Shown here one piece after another: positions 55,201 through 64,000 of a stretch of DNA of 64,000 nt (within the stretch, counting starts at the first letter, position 1; each line of letters begins with the position of its first letter). The stretch is from Macrostomum lignano (taxonomy: Eukaryota). The notes under the pieces are model-generated. The model saw nothing but the letters and a program-made list of their open reading frames with translations, was not told the DNA's origin and ran no database searches. The position numbers and the translations under genes were made by a program. The DNA lies in contig NIVC01001864.1 of assembly GCA_002269645.1 (NCBI GenBank), positions 164,024 through 228,023 of the forward strand, written 5' to 3'.

Positions 55201-56812
55201 TACAAACAAACATCTAAATTCTACAGACGATATATTTGATCAGTGATGGAAACCTTAGTCAAAACTTCAAAAGTAAAATGTATAAGTATATTTTTTAACT
55301 TCTAGTTTTTTAGCAGTATGAGAGAACAGCACAGCTTCGAGTTCTTTGTCAAGAAATTAAGGGAAAGTATTGGTGTTATTTTTGTGGTATGGCTTGCAAT
55401 TTGATAGTTGCAAAACTTGATTCAGTTGAATTAAAGAGACAAACGTGTAATTTAAAGAAAATTCAATACATTTGCTTAATTAAAATATGTTCAAGTTGAA
55501 TACTAGATCCATGATCCATCGGTGTCAGTCTGAATATTACAGAATTTGTAGGTTTCGCCATATTAAATTTTAGTAAAGATAAATAACCCAATTGGCATCG
55601 TTTCATTGCCATCAATAATAAACTCCGTTCGTTATCAGTCCGTCAACGGGATATGTTGTCGATATATATATAAAAAATGGTTTAGGTACCGTATATTCCG
55701 TTTATATTAAATCAGGCAGATTCTTAGCACGTTAAATTAAGTAACTATAAACAGCCTCAATTTATAACAAAATGTTTCTTAAAAACAAAGAATATTTTGT
55801 GTATACTACAAACCAATAGAAATTTAACTCTAAAAAAACAAAAACTACAATTTTGTATGTTAAATAAACAAACAGTTTATCTTCGGTATTAATCTTTGTC
55901 AGAATACCCTTCGAAAAAACAAACAGCATTCTTTCTTGAAATTCAGGCCTACTTGTGGTTTTAAGTAGAAAAATTATTATATTATTGTTTAATCTTCAGA
56001 GGTAAAGCATTATTTTGCATGCCACAGAACTTTTATTTTTTGTCAATTTTTTTACTTCTGTGTTTGAGATTTACCCAACGGATCTGATGGAAGAACAGCA
56101 TTTAAACTTGTAGTAAATAATACTAGTTAAAACAAAACAAAACTGTCAGAAACCAATTTCGTCAAAAAATTGTTTTATTGTATTTGACATTAAAAGTTTT
56201 ACTCGACTTCAACAGGATTAACTTTATCATTAACTATTTTATTATTGCTAGTACGAAACCTTTATTTGACTAAAAATGCATGCAACCGTCGGAATTATCC
56301 AATTCAGATTTTGTCATTGACAAGGAGTATCTTTTTCGTGCTAATTAATGCAACAATTTTGTATTTTTCTCTTTGTAACTTTCAATGTATGCCACACATA
56401 TGTATAAATAGAAGCACAACGAGGATTTTTTCAGTTTAGGGTAGAGGACAAGAACTTTACTGTAGTACAGTTAACTATTATTATTACAGTGGCTGCTTGG
56501 GTAGAGACAGCCTGTGTGACGAATAAAATTCATAAAGGTAGGAAAACTTTATTTTTAGGTGCATGCATGTACTGATCTCGTGCATTGTAAACAGCAATCT
56601 TTTGTTTCTGTGGCGACGCGTGCATCGGTCCTACTCGTACATGTACATGTTATGTCCATTTAAATATGCCTGCGCTTATACGTGCATGTACATGTATGTA
56701 TATGTTTATGAATTAGCTAAAATGTACACGTATACATACGTACATGTACGCATATGTTTATTTTCTATATAAAGCCATATATATTTCACCCTTTAAGATA
56801 ACCTTGGCTGGT

Positions 56813-57634
56813 TTATCCTGATCCTCCTCGATTCCTGCACACTCGCATCGACGGCTTTCCTTTGATGGAGCCGGATGCCATCCTTCCATGTGAGCTAGCT
56901 GGCTTGTTAAGCTTGCATGCAGCTTCAAAATGGTTCATTTTCCCACACTTTCGACATTTTGGTCCAAACGCGGGGCATGTCTTTGGCGGGTGCCTCTTCA
57001 TACAGAAATTGCAAGCTTTGCTGAGTGCGTCCCTGAGCTTGGGCCCTTTTTTGTTGTCGTACTCTGCCCTTAGTCGCACTGACTGTTTCCACCTTTCCAT
57101 TGCGCTTAAGGCACTCTTGCTTACTTGCTCTTGCGCCGTGGCAGTCTCCACCGTCAGCTCCAGGTTGATAAGCAGCTCTTTCACCACCGACTCACTGCGC
57201 AGTCGTGCCACGAATCTGTCTCTCAAAGCTTCCTGTAAAAAATCTCCGAATTGACATCGGTCAGCTTGAGCACGTAACCTGTTTTCAAAATCTGCCGCTG
57301 ATTCGTATTCATCTTGTTTCATGCAGTAAGTTCAACTTGTAGCGCTCAGCTACAACCAGTTTCTTCTGTGACACGACATGCTTCTCAATTTCATTCTTCA
57401 ATTATTTGAAGGTCTTGTTCTCTGGCTTCGCCGGAGCGACCAGGTTCCGCAGCTTGTCGTAGGCAGTTTCCCCATGAGGCTTATGAAGAAGTCTGTCTTC
57501 GGCGAAAACCCTTCCTCCTTCTCATCCTTCACGCCGGATCTCCTGCAGACGGCTTCAAACCGCTCGATCCAGGCCTCGAATTTGTCTTCTGTCCAGGGAA
57601 GCTCCCGCAGGTTCTCTCGAGACAGCGACGCCAT
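56813..57634 (-). pseudogene. Ty3/Gypsy-type gag relic with zinc knuckles; two frameshifts, one nonsense codon, no pol
   Basis: FEAWIERFE..FISLMG/ETAYDKLRNLVAPAKP..VVAERYKL../..RLRAQADRCQFGDFLQEALRDRFVARL..CNFCMKRHPPKTCPAFGPKCRKCGKMNHFEAAC. Confidence 0.85.
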
Positions 57635-57827
57635 TGTTATGTCTTGCTGCAAAATAATTGCGTACTTCTTACGCTCCAGACCTCTTAAGGTTCTTCTATA
57701 TTTTAGCTTGCCACACAGCGGGCTTTAAAACTGGTACTGTCTCTTGGCTGGTACTGAGATACTACTTAAATTCATGCAAAAGAAAAAATTCTCTGAAACT
57801 CCACCTTCTCGCAAAGCTTCCACAATT

Positions 57828-59461
57828 GCTCTGGCACTGAAATGTCTGGCACCGAAGTGTCTGGCACTGAAATGTCTGGCACCGAAGTGTCTGGCACTGA
57901 AATGTCTGGCACCGAAGTGTCTGGCACTGAACTGTCTGGCACCGAAGTGTCTGGCACTGAACTGTCTGGCACCGAAGTGTCTGGCACTGAACTGTCTGGC
58001 ACCGAAGTGTCTGGCACTGAAATGTCTGGCACCGAAGTGTCTGGCACTGAAATGTCTGGCACCGAAGTGTCTGGATGCACCGAAGTGTCTGGCACCGAAG
58101 TGTCTGGCACCGAAGTGTCTGCATGCACCGAAGTGTCTGGCACCGAAATGTCTGGCACCGAAGTGTCTGGCACTGAAATGTCTGGCACCGAAGTGTCTGG
58201 CACTGAAATGTCTGGCACCGAAGTGTCTGGCACTGAACTGTCTGGCACCGAAGTGTCTGGCACTGAACTGTCTGGCACCGAAGTGTCTGGCACTGAACTG
58301 TCTGGCACCGAAGTGTCTGGCACTGAAATGTCTGGCACCGAAGTGTCTGGCACTGAAATGTCTGGCACCGAAGTGTCTGCATGCACCGAAGTGTCTGGCA
58401 CCGAAGTGTCTGGCACCGAAGTGTCTGCATGCACCGAAGTGTCTGGCACCGAAATGTCTGGCACCGAAATGTCTGGCACCGAAGTGTCTGGCACTGAAAT
58501 GTCTGGCACCGAAGTGTCTGGCACTGAAATGTCTGGCACCGAAGTGTCTGGCACTGAAATGTCTGGCACCGAAGTGTCTGGCACTGAAATGTCTGGCACC
58601 GAAGTGTCTGGCACTGAAATGTCTGGCACCGAAGTGTCTGGCACTGAACTGTCTGGCACCGAAGTGTCTGGCACTGAAATGTCTGGCACCGAAGTGTCTG
58701 CATGCACCGAAGTGTCTGGCACCGAAGTGTCTGGCACCGAACTGTCTGGCACCGAACTGTCTGGCACCGAACTGTCTGGCACCGAACTGTCTAGCACCGA
58801 AGTGTTTGGCACCGAACTGTCTGGCACCGAACTGTCTGCATGCACCGAAATGTCTGGCACCGAAGTGTCTGGAACTGAAATGTCTGGCACCGAAGTGTCT
58901 GGAACTGAAATGTCTGGCACCGAAGTGTCTGGCACCGAACTGTCTGGCACCGAACTATCTTGGCACCGAAGTGTCTGCATGCACCGAAGTGTCTGGCACC
59001 GAAGTGTCTGGCACCGAACTGTCTGGCACCGAACTGTCTGGCACCGAACTGTCTGGCACCGAACTGTCTAGCACCGAAGTGTTTGGCACCGAACTGTCTG
59101 GCACCGAACTGTCTGCATGCACCGAAATGTCTGGCACCGAAGTGTCTGGAACTGAAATGTCTGGCACCGAAGTGTCTGGAACTGAAATGTCTGGCACCGA
59201 AGTGTCTGGCACCGAACTGTCTGGCACCGAACTATCTTGGCACCGAAGTGTCTGCATGCACCGAAGTGTCTGGCACCGAAGTGTCTGGCACCGAAGTGTC
59301 TGGCACCGAACTGTCTGGCACCGAAGTGTTTGGCACCGAACTGTCTGGCACCGAACTGTCTTCATGCACCGAAATGTCTGGCACCGAAGTGTCTGGAACT
59401 GAAATGTCTGGTACCGAAGTGTCTGCATGCACCGAAATGTCTGGCACCGAAGTGTCTGCAT
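57828..59461. repeat. 15-bp minisatellite (TGTCTGGCACCGAAG) with block duplications
   Basis: >100 copies with TGCATGCA variants. Confidence 0.97.
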
Positions 59462-60988
59462 GACCCCTAGCTTGCCCCTCCCAATAAAAAGCAGTATAAA
59501 TTTATTTAAAAAACTTACCACCGTTGAACTAATCCACGATCAAGGAATTCTTATCAAAAACTTATTATCATATTGTAAGTACCGGTACACAGAACTCAAG
59601 AAAGCGCAAAAAACTCCAGGTAAAATGCATGTGCATCAAATATTCATCGAGAGTTGTTGGATTTTTCGGGTATTTTGCAGATACAGTATAAATATAAGGT
59701 TAATTCGGTAAGGTCTCTTACTATAGCTTCAAATGGCACTACTCAACCGAAAAGTATGAGGGCGCGTATGTCCTAGAAATTTCCAGTCCAGAATTATTGC
59801 GCAACTCCAGCTCTCAGCACAGTTTACCTTCGCCTGCGAAACAATTATAAGGACTGTACGAGTAGACCATTGCATATGTCCTATCATATCATAAAATCAT
59901 AAAAATACATGGCACAGTTCGAATCTTTGGTTTTATGAATCTATTTCATCAAAAGATGAACATTGGATCTGCCTCCTATCGAAAGAAATAACAATTTTTG
60001 TGCTGAAAAAATGAAAACTTCCTATCTCCGTAGTGTATTATTTTGGGTGTAGAGAGAGTGGCCTTCAAAACATTTTCCATAGATTTCGCGTGTTGCATCC
60101 TTCTACTTTAGTAGTCCCTGGCTTTGCTATATTGTCAATTTCAATTTATCCCTTTAATACAATCTGTCAAAATTCTTGCATATTTTCATTGCGATACCAT
60201 AATGTGAGATGCTTTTGAATTGAATTCACTTGATTAATTCGCCAGAATATTGAGAAAATGTATTGCATAGAATCGAATGAACCCCAAAATGCATAAGCTT
60301 CGGTATCAATGCATCTGAAGTGAGCAACACGGCATTACACATCAACAAGCGCTGAGCTCAATTCTCGCGACAGGCTTTCCAATATTAAAAAGCAATTTCT
60401 GGAGCAGTTTTACAGTTAAATAATCAATCTGCGAGTATCTGCTGCAGGTAAGACTCGCATTTTATTGAAAGCATGTAGCATGGATGCAAGCGAAAATGTC
60501 ATGACACAAACTGACTCAATATATATAGGATATTTATGTTGTAAGAGCTAAGTGCAATATTCGATCAATGAAGGCCATTTCCACTATTATTTGGCTTGGG
60601 CGAGCTTAAACCTGAGTATATTTAGTTCTCATGCTCAGAATTTCTGCATATCTCCATCCAAAAATTGTTATATTGGAGTCACAAATTTTCTGCTCGGTTC
60701 AAAGTGAACAGAATTCTTGTGCAATAATTCGAACAATGTCGAATGCTTTTTTAATTTGGCAAAACAATTTTCTTATCCAGAGACTTTTTCACAAGTAATT
60801 TATTACTCAAGCATAGTCTATTAGATAGATTTGGAGGCTTTTGTAGTGATCGAATAAATCGAATGACTGGGAATCAACAAGCTGCACTACGATGGGGAAA
60901 TCTGTGTGTTGGGGAATCAGTATGTACTGCTTTATTAAGGCGCATATCGAAGTCTCCCTGAACAGTCGTGAACAGTGATGTCTCTAGT

Positions 60989-61932
60989 TCAGAAGACCCA
61001 GAGAAGAAGCACCGCGCCAGCCAGCAGGGCGCCGCTGGCTCTGACGGCGGACGAGCCGGCATAGAAAGTGTCGGTGCCGCCCACCGGCATGAAGCAGGCG
61101 GGCCGGATCGACTGGCCGCACTCGATCTGGATCAGCGAGCGCGGGTCCCTGGCGTACACGCACCGGTGCGTGGTGCTGCCCGGTCGGCAACCGCCGGTGC
61201 AGCTGACGTTATGATTGGCTGCCACGCGGATGTTGTTAATCCAACGGTACGTTGAGTAAGAGCCGCTAGGTTCCGCCGTCATACCGATCCAGACATTGGC
61301 AGCGTTGGCCCGTTGAAGAACTGTGGCGATGTTGTCGCGCTCAGATATTAGCAAATTGGAGCGCTGAAGGTTGCAGTAGCGCTGAGCTGCTCCGAACTTG
61401 TAGACATTTTGCGTGGGAACGCCGACGCACTGCGATCGGCCGTCCAGCGTCATTGGGGTCCAGCGCGGTGGGCAGCCGTTTGCGCGCATGAAGGTCAGCA
61501 AAAGGCGCACGCCAGCGGCATTCCCAGGCGGCGAACTGCGGCTATTAAAGTTGATGTAAAGCTTGTTGGTCAGGCCTATGAAGTTGTCATCCCTATCCTT
61601 GTCGTAGGTAAGCTGGCTCCAACTTGCTAGATAGCCGCCAAGAGCGTACGTGCGGATGCTTATGGAGGCCGCATAATACTGCAGGTTGCTCTCAATCACC
61701 CGGACGATGATTCTACCTGGGGCGTTGGCCTCGATAGAAAAGGTGCAGTCCATGCTGGGCCCATAATTGTTTACTCCTCTCAGCAGAGTGTTAATTTCGA
61801 GGTTTCATCCTGGTTGACATTCCAATTGATCGAGTTAACGCCTCCCAGCAATGGGCAGAATTCAACCAGTTGAGCACTGCCTGAGGCCACAAAGAGCAGG
61901 ACAAGTCCGAACTGAGCAAAGCTCAAGGCCAT
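60989..61932 (-). CDS. Secreted/GPI-anchored CUB + C-type-lectin-domain protein with an apparent 1-nt frameshift near 61800
   Basis: Signal peptide MALSFAQFGLVLLFVASGSA from ATG 61932; CUB-like NYGPSMDCTFSIEANAPGRIIVRV..LYINFNS..GVRLLLT; CTLD CPPRW..C..AAQRYC..VWIG..YRW..C..C; hydrophobic C-terminus; AATAAA at 60931-60936. Confidence 0.8.
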
Positions 61933-62947
61933 GGTTGCAGCGAGAACTTAAATGGTAGGCTGTCAGCAGGGGGTTTGATCAGGCCACTAATTTCTAATGC
62001 TTTGATTTAAATACTGTAAATACCGCCAGATAAACAGATTCAAAAATCGTTATCCGTTGCCATGACAACAGAGTCAGAGTTAGCAGTCGAATTTTTCCTT
62101 GCTTTGGCAATAAAAGATAAACGTGTGCCTAAAGCTGACTCAGACCAACCATGAAACAGAGATTCAAGGTCGCTGAGAGAAAATATTTTATCATGTACTG
62201 GAAAATTCTGCGATGAAACACCGCTTGCTATTTTGAACAACCAAAAGCAGCCACAATGAGCCGCAAGTTTGCGAGCTGGCATAAAGTACAATCGAAAAGG
62301 GAGGGGCTCATTGATAAGATAGCTTAGGCTATACTCTGCCTGCACATGCGGTTAGACTGGGGGTCACCTGTGTTGTCTCAGCGATTTGTTTGGCCAACGT
62401 TTTGCTCCACTTCGGCCCAAATTTTAGCAGCGAGAATTTCACTTCTCAAGCCTTGCGCCGAATATTATTAATACTTAAAGCCGCATGCCTCAACAGGGAC
62501 TCGATTCCAATTGAATTGACAGTTTTTCCTAATCGCCAAGCAATAAAGGGCGATTAAAATCGGATTAAGCCGATCTTATCCCACAGGGAAAATGTAGGCG
62601 GATTTTGTTTTTCTAACGACGGCACAACAGCCGAAAAAGTTCACCAGCGATGCGGCAACGCCAGTGTAAAAGAAACGAATAAACTGCGAGGTGGTTAAGC
62701 GCGGATATGCATGAATAGCAGCGGGACTGTTCATCGCTTAGTCTCGTGTTTTATTTCAGTCTCAAAGTTCTCCAGGTGGGCGGCAATGGCGGGCCAAACA
62801 ATTTTTCTGAGTAGACCATGGATTAATTTTGGAACTTAGGATTGGTCGCGAATGCACTGTATATGCGAGAGAATATTCTATGGCTGTTTATTTCCCAGTT
62901 GCAGTTCAACTCTTTGCGTATTTCGAACATTTTGACCAGCGCAGGCT

Positions 62948-63260
62948 TCAGCCGATGGGGCAGGACAGCCTGCCGATCCGGCAGCGCTTGCTGAGCCGCC
63001 TGCGGTAGCTGCCGGGCTGGTCGATCCTCGGTCCGCCAGCGGCAGGCTCCTCGACGTCTGCTTCGGCGTCTTCGTCAATGGTGTCGGCGGCGGTCGATGG
63101 CGGCGCGCAGCTCAGCAGCGAGTCTGCGCAGCCTGGTCGCCTGGGCCACCGACGGAGCCTCATCGGGAACGGCCAGTGGCCGGAGCGGCGCTCTGCGGGT
63201 TCGAATTCGCACGGTAGCATGGGATTGAGTCTTGAGCAGCGCTACTGGCTTTGGCAATAG
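62948..63260 (-). other. GC-rich putative coding exon of an unidentified gene (frame unresolved)
   Basis: Local GC-rich island with two overlapping minus-strand open frames (62948-63220 and 63075-63257); no recognisable domain. Confidence 0.35.
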
Positions 63261-64000
63261 AGAGCAGCAGGTGACCTCAACCAGCTATGCCACCAACCAA
63301 ATAAACTGTGATTTCCAAAATTGAGCACTTATCTCAAGCATCAGTTGACTTGGTTAACGGCATTGGTTTGTTACGCCCAACGATTTTATTCCCACTCTGG
63401 TAATTAAAAAGAAGCTGAATAGAGAAACAAATTAAGTTTATTAAATGCCCCATTGTATGAGTTAGCAATCGAGAGAAAGGGAAACAATGTTAAATTTGTC
63501 TCCTCAGCAATGGAAAAACACGCTTTAATTCGACGAACGCGTCTCATTCAATCAATAAAATACGTAGAATTATTCAGTAGCTGTTCAGCGAAGAACGTCT
63601 CAAACAAAACGCTAAGATATCCTGAATGAAATTCACATTAGCGTCTAATCTTAAATTAAAATTGAATTTTTAAAGAAATGCTTTCATTTCTGCGCCTGCG
63701 TCAGCATGACGGAGCACGCGTCATTGCAGACTAGACCTGCCGAATACCATAAAAAGGAATGCGATTTCCATGCCACCGTACTCTGCCAATGTAAGCCCAA
63801 TTAATGCCTATTTTTGAAGGCTGTGCAGCAGAGGCAGTTGAATAGTCGAGTATTGATGCTTCAGTACAGATGCGCTGAGACCAAGGCCCATCATGCCAAG
63901 CATATAAAAGGTGCTCTGCATGCTATGAATACGCATGCTTTGCTGGTGCGCTTAAGCTCAATTTTTAATCTCTCTAATTGCTTACGAGCTCATAATCCTT

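Noticed and set aside
59709-59722. GGTCTCTTACT resembling part of a flatworm spliced-leader sequence as I recall it
   Set aside because: Only ~11 nt match, with no continuation to an ATG|GT donor or Sm site; compatible with chance.
61760-61880. Intron rescuing the CUB gene frameshift
   Set aside because: The only phase-compatible GT..AG pair would delete the first CUB cysteine and the signal cleavage site; a 1-nt indel is more parsimonious.

Overview
Eukaryotic (metazoan) genomic DNA. GC-rich, Ala/Gln/Gly-rich exons packed among micro- and minisatellites resemble a Macrostomum-type flatworm genome; this assignment is inference, not a database match. About 30 tandem arrays cover roughly 40% of the first 46.6 kb and explain most of the long ORFs in the track. 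Genes assembled by hand from splice sites and phases: (1) a low-complexity 550-aa minus-strand ORF with PP1-docking-like motifs; (2) a 5-exon, 416-aa single-pass protein with a six-cysteine Shisa-like ectodomain, a TIR/SEFIR-like cytoplasmic segment and a PDZ-type tail, which is the most interesting object here; (3) a complete 6-exon, 663-aa NR2E-type nuclear receptor with a CDGCRG P-box; (4) an 86-aa orphan membrane protein; (5) intronless RPS25; (6) a CUB + C-type-lectin + GPI-signal gene with a 1-nt frameshift. Mobile relics are a tRNA-headed SINE inserted in a satellite, a Merlin/ISXO2-like transposase fragment in a ~9.5-kb AT-rich, array-free block, and a broken Ty3/Gypsy gag. No CRISPR, rRNA or convincing tRNA gene was found.
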